From NCBI GenBank assembly GCA_963718875.1, contig OY970378.1, positions 132,396 to 196,395 of the forward strand: a stretch of DNA of 64,000 nt, given 5' to 3'. The notes under the pieces were generated by a model. That model did no database searches and was not told where the DNA came from. It saw nothing but the letters and a program-made list of their open reading frames with translations. The stretch is from Candidatus Parcubacteria bacterium (GTDB taxonomy: Bacteria; Patescibacteriota; Saccharimonadia; UBA4664; JBIOIQ01). Each line of letters opens with the position of its first letter. Within the stretch, counting starts at the first letter, position 1. Shown here in pieces: positions 46,279-56,124 of the stretch. Position numbers and translations under genes: made by a program.

Positions 46279-46327
46279 GGTCCCCGATCCGGAGCGGTTG
46301 AGTACAACCTTCCGATCGAGGATGACG
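46279..46327 (+). repeat. family-1 REP/RPE-like element
   Basis: CCCCGATCCGGAGCGGTTGAGTACAACCTTCCGATCGAGGATGACGA. Confidence 0.5.
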
Positions 46328-46444
46328 ATGAGGCTGTTCAGGTTAATGTTATGACAAGTCGGACTTCTCACCGGAAAAGAAGTCCGACTTGTATTGACTT
46401 TTCGGTTTTTGTTTGGTATGCAAGATTAGGGGTATAATACTGCT

Positions 46445-48187
46445 ATGGATGAGGTTGGGGAAATCAAACAAAGGTTGGACGTGGCTGAAGTAGTGGGGGG
46501 ATACATTACCCTTAAACAAGCAGGACGTAACCTAAAGGCACCGTGTCCGTTTCATAATGAAAAATCGGCTAGTTTTATGGTGAGCCCAGAAAAGGGCATT
46601 TGGCACTGTTTTGGCTGTGGAGAAGGCGGCGACATTTTTAAGTTTGTGATGCGCATGGAGGGGTTGGAGTTTAGGTCGGCTCTGGAATTATTGGCAAAAA
46701 AGGCCGGAGTTGAGCTTAAAAACACTGGCCGCAATGATAACTCGAAGGTTAAAGAGCGTTTGATTAAAGCTCATGATTGGGCGGTCAAGTACTTTCAATC
46801 CAGCTTGGTGCGTAATGAAAAGGCTCTCAATTATGTTGTTAAATCACGTGGGCTGACGAGGCAAACTATTATTGATTTTCAGATTGGTTATGCACCGCAA
46901 AGCTGGGAAGGCTTGGTAGGGATATTACGCAAAAAAGGCTTTAGCGATGACGAGCTAGTTAAGAGTGGGTTGGCGGGCCAGCGGACTGCGGGACGAGGAC
47001 TTTATGACAGTTTTCGAGGACGAATTATGTTTACCATTTGCGATGGGCAAGGTCGGCCAATTGGGTTTACAGGGAGGGTGCTGGATGATTCAGTTCCAAA
47101 GTACTTAAATACCCCGCAAACTATGTTGTACGACAAAAGCCGGGCCATATATGGGTTGCACTTAGCCAAAGAAGCTATTCGGTCAAGCGACGAAGTGGTG
47201 CTGGTAGAGGGCAATATGGACGTGGTAGCGAGCCATCAGGCGGGGGTAAAGCAAGTGGTGGCGGCTAGCGGGACAGCTTTGACGCTTGATCAGCTAAAGA
47301 CGCTGGGGCGATTAACCAAAAATGTAAAATTGGCTTTTGACCAAGATTTGGCGGGGTTAGCTGCTACAGAGCGGGCAATTGAACTGGCGCAAAAGCTAGG
47401 CCTGGTTTTAAAAGTTGTGGTAATAAAAGACGCTAAGGACCCAGATGAGCTCATAACACAGTCGGTGAAAGCTTGGGAAAAGTCCATTGCTGAGGCGCCG
47501 TATGTGGTGGATTACTTGTTTGAACGCTTCAAAAGCGAGTATGACTTAACTTCGGCAACGGGCAAGCGTCAGTATAGCGACCGCTTGGCAGCAAACTTGC
47601 GCAGGCTGGCCGATCCGGTGGAGCGTGATCACTACGTACAACTGTTGGCTCGGACAATTGATGTTTCTGTAGAGGCAGTTAAGCAAAAGCTTGAGCAAGC
47701 GCCTACAGAAACAGAGGTTAGACCTGCGGGCAAACCTCAGCATACGCCCGTGCCGACTGTATTAGAGCCCAAGAGTGGCAAACACGTACTAGAAGAGGCA
47801 ATGCTAGCGCTGGTTTTGGCCTATCCTGATACCCGAATTAGTCTAGATGATTTAAAGGAAAGTGATTTTGATATGCCGATGGCTGCGGAAATACTAGTTT
47901 GTATTCGTCAACACGTCTTACGATCTAGTCAAGAAATAGCAGTTCTCTTGCCAAATGCCAGTGACTATGTCAAAATTCTTACATTACGGGGCGAGGAGCA
48001 ATATGCGTCGCTCGCTCCTGCAGATCGAAGCAGTGAAGCCTTCCTGCTTGCTAGACGGCTGCAAATCCGTGCCAACAAGTACAGACGAGAGAATATAAGC
48101 AAACAACTTCGCGAAGCCGAAACCAAGGGTGATGCGGCGTTGGCGTTGCGTTTGCAAAAACAGTTTCAAACGTTGATGGATGAGTAA
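46445..48187 (+). CDS. dnaG: DNA primase DnaG
   Basis: Zinc-ribbon CPFHNEKSASF...CFGCG and TOPRIM domain (EGNMDV). Confidence 0.92.
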   Translation: MDEVGEIKQRLDVAEVVGGYITLKQAGRNLKAPCPFHNEKSASFMVSPEKGIWHCFGCGEGGDIFKFVMRMEGLEFRSALELLAKKAGVELKNTGRNDNSKVKERLIKAHDWAVKYFQSSLVRNEKALNYVVKSRGLTRQTIIDFQIGYAPQSWEGLVGILRKKGFSDDELVKSGLAGQRTAGRGLYDSFRGRIMFTICDGQGRPIGFTGRVLDDSVPKYLNTPQTMLYDKSRAIYGLHLAKEAIRSSDEVVLVEGNMDVVASHQAGVKQVVAASGTALTLDQLKTLGRLTKNVKLAFDQDLAGLAATERAIELAQKLGLVLKVVVIKDAKDPDELITQSVKAWEKSIAEAPYVVDYLFERFKSEYDLTSATGKRQYSDRLAANLRRLADPVERDHYVQLLARTIDVSVEAVKQKLEQAPTETEVRPAGKPQHTPVPTVLEPKSGKHVLEEAMLALVLAYPDTRISLDDLKESDFDMPMAAEILVCIRQHVLRSSQEIAVLLPNASDYVKILTLRGEEQYASLAPADRSSEAFLLARRLQIRANKYRRENISKQLREAETKGDAALALRLQKQFQTLMDE

Positions 48188-48321
48188 ATGAGTTCGCCTA
48201 TTGTTCGAACGTAGTGAGAGACTAACTATTTTTCGGTTAGTCTCTCGGCTGAAGCTTCGAACAATATTTCGGGGACGGTCAGCCAAGTGAAAAAAGTGGT
48301 AATGATTATAAAGGAGTTTTT

Positions 48322-49458
48322 ATGCCTAAAAAAGCCGTACAGCCGAGTGAAAATGATGATGAAAAAGCCCTGCGTCCTTCGGGCGATGGCGCTGACATTG
48401 ACGCTTTAGTAGCCAGAGGGAAAGAACAGGGCTTCTTGAGCCAGCAAGAAATTTTGGCTGCCGTGGGGGATCCTGAGGAAAACGTAGAGGAGCTTGATGA
48501 CATTTATGCTGCTTTACTTGAAAACAGTATTGAAATTGCCGATAGCAAAGAGCTTACCAGCGATTGGGATGATGCGGCAGAAGCGGAGCCAGAAGCGGCC
48601 GCCATCGAGAGTGATGACTACGTTAAAGACATTGCCGACGACTCAGTACGGCTGTATTTACGCGAGATTGGTCGTGTGCCGCTTTTAACCGGCGCCGAAG
48701 AAGTTGAGCTAGCTAAAAAGATTGAGGCAGGCGATAAGATAGCCAAAGACAAGATGGTAGAAGCCAACTTGCGTTTGGTGGTGAGTATTGCCAAAAAATA
48801 CATTGGCCGTGGATTGGATTTGTTAGATCTAATTCAAGAAGGGTCGAGTGGTTTGCTGCGGGCTGTCGAAAAGTTTGATTACACTAAGGGTTATAAGTTT
48901 AGCACCTATGCTACTTGGTGGATTCGTCAGGCTATTACCCGAGCCATTGCCGACCAAGCTCGAACCATTCGTATCCCTGTGCACATGGTGGAAACCATCA
49001 ACAAGCTCATCCGTACGCAACGCCGTTTGGTGCAAGAGCTGGGTCGCGAACCGTTGCCAGAGGAAATTGCCGCTGAAATGGAAATGGATGTCGAGAAAGT
49101 TAACCACATTATCAAGATTAAGCAGGATATTGTGAGTCTAGAAGCGCCTGTGGGAGAAGAAGAAGATTCCAAATTAGGTGATTTTATTGAAGACGAAGAT
49201 AATCCTCGCCCCGAAGAACTTGCGACTTACCAATTGCTAAAGGAGCATGTTAATAACGTGTTGGCATTGCTAACCCCGCGCGAGCAAAAGATTTTGCGCA
49301 TGCGGTTTGGGCTAGAAGATGGCCGGGGTCACACTTTGGAAGAAGTTGGACAAGAATTTGGCGTTACTCGCGAGCGGATACGGCAGATTGAAGCCAAGGC
49401 GTTAGCTAAATTGCGCAAACATCGTGAGAGTAAGAAGCTCAAAGATTATTTGCGCTAG
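48322..49458 (+). CDS. rpoD: RNA polymerase sigma factor RpoD (sigma-70)
   Basis: Regions 1.2-4 present: [56 protein letters not shown]. Confidence 0.95.
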   Translation: MPKKAVQPSENDDEKALRPSGDGADIDALVARGKEQGFLSQQEILAAVGDPEENVEELDDIYAALLENSIEIADSKELTSDWDDAAEAEPEAAAIESDDYVKDIADDSVRLYLREIGRVPLLTGAEEVELAKKIEAGDKIAKDKMVEANLRLVVSIAKKYIGRGLDLLDLIQEGSSGLLRAVEKFDYTKGYKFSTYATWWIRQAITRAIADQARTIRIPVHMVETINKLIRTQRRLVQELGREPLPEEIAAEMEMDVEKVNHIIKIKQDIVSLEAPVGEEEDSKLGDFIEDEDNPRPEELATYQLLKEHVNNVLALLTPREQKILRMRFGLEDGRGHTLEEVGQEFGVTRERIRQIEAKALAKLRKHRESKKLKDYLR

Positions 49459-49479
49459 GGCGGCTCGCGTACTTGTCTC

Positions 49480-49600
49480 ATTTCGGCGTCAAAGCTTGCG
49501 CTTCGCATTCAACGTACCTATGAGTACGTCTCATTTGCTATGCTCAACTTTTCCTTGAACTGCATCCAAGTACGCAAGCCTTAGGAAAGATGAATGTTAG
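49480..49600. repeat. post-gene repeat R2 (partner of 23090-23290)
   Basis: TTCAACGTACCTATGAGTACGTCTC and CCTTGAACTGCATCCAAGTACGC modules shared with the post-groEL segment. Confidence 0.5.
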
Positions 49601-49602
49601 AT

Positions 49603-49644
49603 TAAAAACAACGAACCCCCGACCAGGCGAGCGGGGGGCTCGTT
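49603..49644 (+). repeat. hairpin direct repeat, copy 1 (AACAACGAACCCCCGACCAGGCGAGCGGGGGGCTCGTTGTT)
   Basis: Near-identical copy at 50746-50790. Together they flank a GC-rich gene plus a REP element. Confidence 0.6.
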
Positions 49645-49681
49645 GTTCCTGGTCGAGGGCTTGGGAGGGTGTGAACCCTGG

Positions 49682-50503
49682 TTAAGCGGAGCGTGAGGCC
49701 GATCTGGCCTGCTTGGTCCAGTACCCCGGGTGGTTCATGTCGTCGGCGGTGTCAAGCAGTCGATGGCCTGGGACTCCGCCTGCTACGACCGCCTGATGGA
49801 GGGCGGTGAATTTCTTGATCAGTGCTCCGAGCGAATCGGGATGCATTGGTTCCTCCCATCTGCGCTGATACTTTTCCAGCAGCCCTATGGCTTCATTCAG
49901 AGCTGATGTGCATGATGACCTGGACATGCGTCCATACTGGATATTGCTCAGGAGCAGTCGGATTCTGGTGTACCATGCAGGGAAGTTGTCTTTGTCAGCT
50001 CCGAACTCGTTGGACACGAAGCCATCTAGCTGGGTTCGCAGAACGGGCATGTGCAGCCGCAGGCGTTCCGGCAGATTGGTGCCATCGCCCACGTCCTCGG
50101 TCAGCCTGGCGGAATCCTTCATGGCCGAAAGAAGACTTAAGAGAAACGTGTTCGGATAGGTTCCGGAAATGAGGATCCTCCAGGCCTCTGCCAAATGGGC
50201 CTCGAGAGCCCTTGCGACGATCTGCCAGTCGGTTGTAAAAAGCGGACGACTGGGGGTAGGGCCTCGCTGGCCGAAGGTGTCTTGAACTTCTTGCAGAGAC
50301 CCCAGAATTCGGGACAATGGTCCATGAAGAGCCGTTTGTGAAGGGTCGTTACTTCCGAGGGGACGCAGGTCGATCACTTGTCTACGCAAGTCTGTTGCTC
50401 CGAAGAAGGCGAACTTCGTTACCCAAGCCAGCGGATCGCCTTCTACTTTGGGGATGGTCAGGAAGATGGAGAGCCGGTCTCCGTCTATCGTGGTCATGGA
50501 CAT
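49682..50503 (-). CDS. hypothetical protein (GC-rich insert between hairpin direct repeats)
   Basis: 273-aa ORF, GC about 60%. Confidence 0.45.
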   Translation of the reverse strand: MSMTTIDGDRLSIFLTIPKVEGDPLAWVTKFAFFGATDLRRQVIDLRPLGSNDPSQTALHGPLSRILGSLQEVQDTFGQRGPTPSRPLFTTDWQIVARALEAHLAEAWRILISGTYPNTFLLSLLSAMKDSARLTEDVGDGTNLPERLRLHMPVLRTQLDGFVSNEFGADKDNFPAWYTRIRLLLSNIQYGRMSRSSCTSALNEAIGLLEKYQRRWEEPMHPDSLGALIKKFTALHQAVVAGGVPGHRLLDTADDMNHPGYWTKQARSASRSA

Positions 50504-50671
50504 GTGCTCCTATCGAGGAGGGTCGGGAACCCGACCAGGTGCAGGCCGACTTGGCCATGGATAAAGTTTGATACTAAATCATGTATTTGTCAATAAAAGC
50601 CTACCTGTCGTATGTTTTTTGGGCCTTTCACTTCGCTCGGAGCGTTGAAAGGGGTCGAAAAAATCAAGATA

Positions 50672-50736
50672 AGAGATCCCGGATCCGGAGCGCCAAGCTA
50701 TGCAATGGTTCGGCTTGGCTTCCGGTCCGGGATGAC
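50672..50736 (+). repeat. family-1 REP/RPE-like element with nested hairpin
   Basis: AAGAGATCCCGGA-TCCGGAGCGCCAAGC...GCTTGGCTTCCGG-TCCGGGATGACG. Closest relative of the copies embedded in tsaD and polA. Confidence 0.65.
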
Positions 50737-50745
50737 GTTTTTTTA

Positions 50746-50790
50746 AAACAACGAGCCCCCGACCAGACGAGCGGAGGCTCGTTGTAGTCG
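50746..50790 (+). repeat. hairpin direct repeat, copy 2
   Basis: AACAACGAGCCCCCGACCAGACGAGCGGAGGCTCGTTG. Confidence 0.6.
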
Positions 50791-50801
50791 GGGGCGGGGC
50801 G

Positions 50802-51473
50802 TCAGTCCGTGAAGCGGAATGACGCCAAGAAGGCGTCGGCGAAGTGGGGCGTTGTGGTGATCAGGCCGCCTGCCCAAATGCTGTAGACAGCTCCATTGTG
50901 CCAGACGTCGATGAAGGGCCCGGAGCCTCCCAGGGGCGTATGGAAGGTGGAGAAAATTGCAGGCTTCCCCATGAAGGTTCCCTGGCGAACGTCCCTATAG
51001 TTCGAATCGAGCATGTCCTTCCGCACCATTGCCAAGACATCGTCGAAAGCTCTATCCGGGTAACGGACGATGATGACCTCGTAGATCTCGTGAGCAAACC
51101 TATTGCAGAGGGAATTGTCGCTGAAAATGTCCGGGCAGATTTTCCCATTGGTTTGGTCTACACTGATTGCGCTGATATAGATTCCGTCTTTGTCGCCGTC
51201 TTGAAGGATAAGTTTCCTTTGAACAGGATCGCCGTCAGTGGGGAAGTCGGCGCAAAACCCTTTGTCGCAGATTGTCAGGATGATTGGTTGAGTGAGTAGA
51301 CCTCGCACGATGGTACTCGAGGCGGACAACTCAGCAATCGGGATTCGGCGTACAGTTGAGGATGGTGCTTCGATAGTTGTGTCGGGCGAAACGGCGGTTG
51401 TGCCGTCGTCGGATGAACATGCATTGACTATGAAGGCCAGTGCGAGGGATAGAATGACGGTGCGGCGGCGCAT
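50802..51473 (-). CDS. lipoprotein (hypothetical)
   Basis: Signal plus lipobox FIVNAC. 223 aa. Confidence 0.55.
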   Translation of the reverse strand: MRRRTVILSLALAFIVNACSSDDGTTAVSPDTTIEAPSSTVRRIPIAELSASSTIVRGLLTQPIILTICDKGFCADFPTDGDPVQRKLILQDGDKDGIYISAISVDQTNGKICPDIFSDNSLCNRFAHEIYEVIIVRYPDRAFDDVLAMVRKDMLDSNYRDVRQGTFMGKPAIFSTFHTPLGGSGPFIDVWHNGAVYSIWAGGLITTTPHFADAFLASFRFTD

Positions 51474-51694
51474 GGCCGGCCTCCTTAGGCTCGAGGATTG
51501 GAACTGATAATACTATACACTAATTCGAGCATTTTTCAATAATCATAAGTACAAAATTTTGTGCTTGCTCTGCTATAATGAAACAGGCTTTTGAGGATGA
51601 GCAAATAATAAATGAGGAAGTATGAATTTTATGAGAACGCTATGAGCCGATCCCATCATACTTTATTCTTAATTCCTGATTCGCGAGGCTTGAA

Positions 51695-52249
51695 ATGATT
51701 ATTGGCGTAGTGGGTACATTTGCATCCGGTAAGGACACGGTGGCGGAATATTTGGCTGATGCTAAGGGATTTTTCCATATATCTACAGCTGATGTTTTGC
51801 GGCAATACATTCGCGACAACGATTTAGGTGGTTTGGATCGTGATAACTTGCGCTTAGTTTCCAACAAAACCCGCAGTGAACGTGGCGGAGATTTTTTTGT
51901 TAAAGAAGCTTTAACCAGGCCAGAAAGGCCAATGGTATTGACGGCCATGAGAAGTCCGCGGGAAATTGAGGCGATTCAGGCGGCCCATGGGCATGTTGTA
52001 GCTGTGGACGCGCCGGTGCAGCAGCGTTACGACTGGGCTGTGGCGAGGGGCAGGATTGACGATGCGGTAACGGCGGAGCAGTTTAAGCACCAGGAGGAGG
52101 CGGAAACGATTAATACTGACCCCAACCACCAACAGCTTACAACTGTGATTAGTATGGCCGATTTTAACATTGCCAATGATGGTAGCCTCCAGGATTTGTA
52201 CGATAAGGTTGACGGTATTTTAGAACGGTTGGGGTTTACTGAATCATGA
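51695..52249 (+). CDS. P-loop NTPase, dephospho-CoA kinase/nucleoside-monophosphate kinase-like
   Basis: Walker A GTFASGKDT. 184 aa. Confidence 0.55.
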   Translation: MIIGVVGTFASGKDTVAEYLADAKGFFHISTADVLRQYIRDNDLGGLDRDNLRLVSNKTRSERGGDFFVKEALTRPERPMVLTAMRSPREIEAIQAAHGHVVAVDAPVQQRYDWAVARGRIDDAVTAEQFKHQEEAETINTDPNHQQLTTVISMADFNIANDGSLQDLYDKVDGILERLGFTES

Positions 52250-52331
52250 ACTATGAATCAATAAACATGGAGAGGCGTTCGGTGGCTATACTTGATTCAT
52301 CATTCGTAATTCATAATTCGCGAGGCGCTGA

Positions 52332-53114
52332 ATGATAGTAGTTGGCCTCACCGGCGGAATGGGGCAGGGTAAAAGCACAGTTGGGCAGATGCTGCGCGAG
52401 CTTGCGAAAGTGGATTATAAGGCTGACCTAGAGTCATCGTATCCCATTACGACGGTGGCCAATCAGTGGCTATCGACGTGGCCGCAGTCGTTGGTGCTTG
52501 CTGCCAATGAGACGCAGATACAGCTGGCAAACCGGCTAATTGAAAGCCTACCACCCATTATCGAGGAAGTTACTGGTAAATCTACAACAGCCAAAGTTTT
52601 ACAAATTAATGAAGCTGATTCTGCGAATGTGACTTTGCATAAGCGTTTACTTGATTACATAGGTCAATGGCTAGAAGAATCCGAGGGTGAACGTCATGAC
52701 CGGCTACCGCTGCCGATTGTGCCACAAAATAAGGCTCTACATAGGGCGCTGTTTCAGTGGTTGGGTGGGATGGCGATTGAACTGATTTATCGCCCAATTT
52801 GGAGCGACTTGCTTGATAAACGGATAAAACAACTAGCTGAGAGGGATTATAAGTTGGTGACGGTTGGTGGAATCCGCTATGACCATGATGCGGACATGAT
52901 TCAGGCTAACAAGGGGGTTATTTTAAAAGTTATGCGGCCGCATTCTGCTCATAGTAGTGATGTGACGGAGACCTCCATGAGTGAAGTTGAGGCTGATATT
53001 GTGCTGCATAATGATGGGACGCTGGCGCAGTTAGAATGGGTTGTGCGGCAGCTATGGCAGGATTTGCAAGTGGGGAAACCACAGGCAGAGTATCGGGCTA
53101 GTCTTATTGCCTGA
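52332..53114 (+). CDS. P-loop kinase, dephospho-CoA kinase-like
   Basis: VGLTGGMGQGKSTV resembles the CoaE GLTGGIGSGKST motif. Confidence 0.55.
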   Translation: MIVVGLTGGMGQGKSTVGQMLRELAKVDYKADLESSYPITTVANQWLSTWPQSLVLAANETQIQLANRLIESLPPIIEEVTGKSTTAKVLQINEADSANVTLHKRLLDYIGQWLEESEGERHDRLPLPIVPQNKALHRALFQWLGGMAIELIYRPIWSDLLDKRIKQLAERDYKLVTVGGIRYDHDADMIQANKGVILKVMRPHSAHSSDVTETSMSEVEADIVLHNDGTLAQLEWVVRQLWQDLQVGKPQAEYRASLIA

Positions 53115-53149
53115 GCGGAGTCGAAGGCTCCTTTTATTAACATCTGGAT

Positions 53150-53177
53150 AGATCTCTCCACAGGGTCGAGATGACAG
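53150..53177 (+). repeat. REP-like K-subtype element
   Basis: AGATCTCTCCACAGGGTCGAGATGACAG, matches 1389-1417. Confidence 0.6.
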
Positions 53178-53754
53178 AGGGGAATAACTTCATTCAAAAA
53201 GAAAGCGGGCCAGCTCTGGGGAGGGGATTCCCAAGAGCTGGCCCGTGGGGGCCGGATATGTGGGGGGCTAGCCAGTGACGGTGGTGATGACACTGATGCC
53301 GAGCGTGAACCCTGCGCCGAGCGCACCATCCTCGATGAGGTCACGACGAGTCAGCGGCTTGGGTTCCCTCGTGGGGAAGATGACGTCGAAGATGACGACA
53401 ATCAGGGTGCAGAGCGTCCAGCGGAAGCCATGACGACGAAGAAACTGGGACATTGGAACTCACTTTCCCGACCGGTTGGTCGTGGATAGAGGCCATGTGA
53501 AGGCCGATTTGGGTGGGCTTGAGATGGCTGAGGCCGAAACCCGCCGTTGTGATGCTTTTGACCCCAGGAGGGAGTCTACTTGTGTCGAGGGTGCTTGCGT
53601 CTTTGAGACGTGGCACGTTCTCGAAACATGAATCGGATTTTAACATAGATTAATATAAATGTCAACTTTTTGTACGCATGATAGCCAGGGTGGTGAATCG
53701 TGTCATAAGACGAATTCTGTTGAAAAAAACTGACAACAATGCTATGTTGAAATT

Positions 53755-54513
53755 ATGCAAATAACAGAGTTGGCCGCTAAGTTACAATCGTTGGGACTAT
53801 CTGACAAAGAAGCCAAGGTATATGTGGCGTCTTTATTTTTGGGGCCTGCAGCTGTACAGAAGATTGCCGAACAGGCTGGGGTTAATCGCGCGACGGCCTA
53901 TGTGATTCTTGATCAATTAGGTGAGATTGGGCTGGTGAGCCAGAGTACGGAAGATAAAAAAACCGTGTTCGTACCGGAAGGGCCTGAGGCGCTGGATCGG
54001 TGGATTGATAGTCAAGAAGAGCTAGTTAAGGGTCGCCGGAACGAGCTTAAGTCGTTGTTACCTGAGCTCAAACAATCTGCCAGAGCTGATACCGAAGACG
54101 CTCCAGTGGTACGATTTTATAAAGGCGCCGAGGGGAGTAGAGCGGTTACCGATTATGCCCGAAAAAAGGCTAAGCCCGGGACAGAAATATACAGCTTGAC
54201 GAATGTAGATGAGATTGAAAGGAAGTTACCTGGGCATCTGGGATCAAACCCCTCTCACAGAGTTAAAAAGAAAATATCTAGCAAAGTTATTTACTCATAC
54301 GTGGGCGATGTGCCAAGTGACCCAAAGTTATTACGCCAGACCTATAAAATAGGTCAACCAGTTATTGCTGACATTGATCTTTATGACGATCGGGCTTCTT
54401 TGGAGACATATGGTGAAAAAAATTCTGTAAGTATTTTGATTGAAAGTAAGGAGATTGTAGGTGCACTTCGACAGCTTTTTGAACTTGCCTGGAAGAACCA
54501 ACTCAAAAAATAA
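53755..54513 (+). CDS. TrmB-family transcriptional regulator (paralog)
   Basis: HTH LGLSDKEAKVYVASLFLGPAAVQKIAEQAGVNRATAYVILDQLGEIGL. Same architecture as 37065-37844. Confidence 0.7.
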   Translation: MQITELAAKLQSLGLSDKEAKVYVASLFLGPAAVQKIAEQAGVNRATAYVILDQLGEIGLVSQSTEDKKTVFVPEGPEALDRWIDSQEELVKGRRNELKSLLPELKQSARADTEDAPVVRFYKGAEGSRAVTDYARKKAKPGTEIYSLTNVDEIERKLPGHLGSNPSHRVKKKISSKVIYSYVGDVPSDPKLLRQTYKIGQPVIADIDLYDDRASLETYGEKNSVSILIESKEIVGALRQLFELAWKNQLKK

Positions 54514-54525
54514 CGTCAGCTTTGG

Positions 54526-54554
54526 TTGACAATAATTTATAAACGTGCTATACT
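54526..54554 (+). promoter_or_regulatory. strong sigma-70 promoter (TTGACA-17-TATACT)
   Basis: Near-consensus elements with optimal spacing. The transcript starts in GC-rich DNA with no RBS-associated ORF. Confidence 0.6.
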
Positions 54555-54560
54555 GCTTAA

Positions 54561-55056
54561 GCTACGTTTGAAGGGTTAAGCCTGTGTTTTACCCTGATTA
54601 CTCCTTCGGACCCTCCAAGGGAGTGCGCAAGCTCGTAGTAGTTTTCCCGAGAAAGGGGAAATCGATGAACCTCCTCATGGGAGGCGGCGGCCTCTAGCCG
54701 TCGTCCAATGCGAGACACCTCCGGCCATCCAGGCTGAGAACCTCGCATCGCAACACCTGGATCTGCCGGTCGGGCATTGGCCCGGTATCGACACGATCGA
54801 GCGATGACCGCGAGTATGGCGGTCAAAAAAAGCCAGATCTGGCGGTGGGCATCAACCCCCACATACCGTCGAGATCGAACAGCACCCGCGTTCAACGCGG
54901 TCGCAGTTGCAAAAGTAATACTTCCAAACATCGGCTCCTTTGGGGCCACACCGTTTGCTGGAGGGCATGGAACCGGGAATCGCCTGGTAACCACCCTCCA
55001 GCAAACGGAACACATTTTATGAAGCTGTATTTGCACGGCAATGGCCGTGTTTTTTA
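54561..55056 (+). ncRNA. candidate ~500-nt structured ncRNA (promoter to terminator)
   Basis: GC-rich and hairpin-dense. Ends at CACGGCAATGGCCGTG plus TTTTTT (55034-55056). The overlapping ORFs are antisense or RBS-less. Confidence 0.35.
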
Positions 55057-55401
55057 TGCATTATTCCCTGAGCCTGAATGACGGCAGTCAGGCTTGTCGA
55101 AAAAAAAGGGGGGGTTAATGGCCTTCGACTAGGCTCAGGCAGTAGCTAAGTTTACTTTTGCCGACATTAATTTTAGTTACTTTAACAGATACGAAACAAA
55201 GAATTTTAATAAAAACTGTAAAAAAGTATTGACATAAATATATTATGTATGCTAGGCTTGTGAAGTTGTGAAAATAACGTCAAATGTTATGGACACAATA
55301 GTACATTTACTTTTTGTTCTTGCTTACTATTGCATTAACTTTCCGTCAATTGAGCTAAACATTTAACTTAGTTGTCGGAAAGCTATGGGAGGGGGTGAGC
55401 A

Positions 55402-55560
55402 ATGGACGAGTTCGAATACATTCTCTTGCTTGCGCTGTTGATGGGCTATTCGCCCTTCGACATCTGCATGTTCTTCTTTGGGCTGGGCTGCGAGAGCGGC
55501 CACGCCTGTGCGAGGGAGCAGCAGGAGCGCGAGTGGGAGCAGGCCCGGATCGGCTACTAG
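55402..55560 (+). CDS. small membrane protein (52 aa), candidate
   Basis: GGAGGGGGTGAGCA-ATG RBS. Hydrophobic core plus Cys-containing tail. Immediately upstream of the tRNA-like element. Confidence 0.35.
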   Translation: MDEFEYILLLALLMGYSPFDICMFFFGLGCESGHACAREQQEREWEQARIGY

Positions 55561-55590
55561 TCGGTGGAGTGGTCGCCCTAAGCGACTAAG

Positions 55591-55665
55591 AGGGCTGATT
55601 GGTTTCGCTTGGAATGGTCGCATTTGCGAACTGACCAAGCCCGGGTTCGATTCCCGGCAGCTCTA
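55591..55665 (+). ncRNA. tRNA-like element resembling the tmRNA tRNA-like domain (Ala identity features), no tag ORF
   Basis: 7-bp acceptor stem AGGGCTG/CAGCTCT with a G3:U70 wobble and A73 discriminator. Canonical T-arm CCGGG-TTCGATT-CCCGG. No D-stem. 5' AGGGCUGAUU and 3' GGGUUCGAUUCCCGGCAGCUC mimic the tmRNA ends, but only a short hairpin sits between them. Confidence 0.45.
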
Positions 55666-56037
55666 CTTATGGCGAAAAACAGCAGGAAAACGTTACGAGT
55701 TGGCCGAGCCAGCTCATCCTCCCAGAGGTTCGTCTGGGGCGTAATCTTCGGCCCAGACGCCGAACGATACGTCGAGATCACGTCTGATCTGCTTTTTCCT
55801 CCTACGGAGGCAGAAGCACGATGGAGGCTTGGCCTCCCTGACGGCACTCCGGTGTTGGTCGGCTGCCCCTAAGGCAGATCTGCGGCGTTCGGCTACGCCA
55901 AGAACCTTGAAGGAGCATAGCTCCAAGTTGCGCTCTGGGCTAGAGCGAAAACAAAAGCTGGCCAATAGGTGTGGCCATCAAGCTCGGTTCAGAGCAACCT
56001 GTAACCCATTCAAGCGTTAATTTTTTCGCGCTTGAAT

Positions 56038-56124
56038 GGGAGCTGTCATCCACTAAGTAGTGGATCTGATGAGTCCTTCGATTCGTCCTGCGGGTGCGGG
56101 ACTCGCTCAGGACGAAACGGCTGC
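56038..56124 (+). ncRNA. hammerhead ribozyme, type III (copy 1)
   Basis: Stem III 5' strand GGAGCUGUC^A. Stem I hairpin TCCACT-AAGT-AGTGGA. Core CUGAUGA. Stem II GUCC...GGAC with an internal hairpin. Then GAAAC and stem III 3' strand GGCUGC. Predicted cleavage after C56047. Confidence 0.8.

Noticed and set aside
54557-55036. 159-aa minus-strand ORF
   Set aside because: It is antisense to a transcript with a near-consensus promoter and terminator. No RBS.
55591-55872. Possibility that 55591 begins a full-length tmRNA (ssrA)
   Set aside because: The 5' and 3' tRNA-like halves are contiguous (75 nt total). No downstream reading frame ends in an ALAA-type tag. The in-frame candidates end ...SSGA or ...LVGCP.
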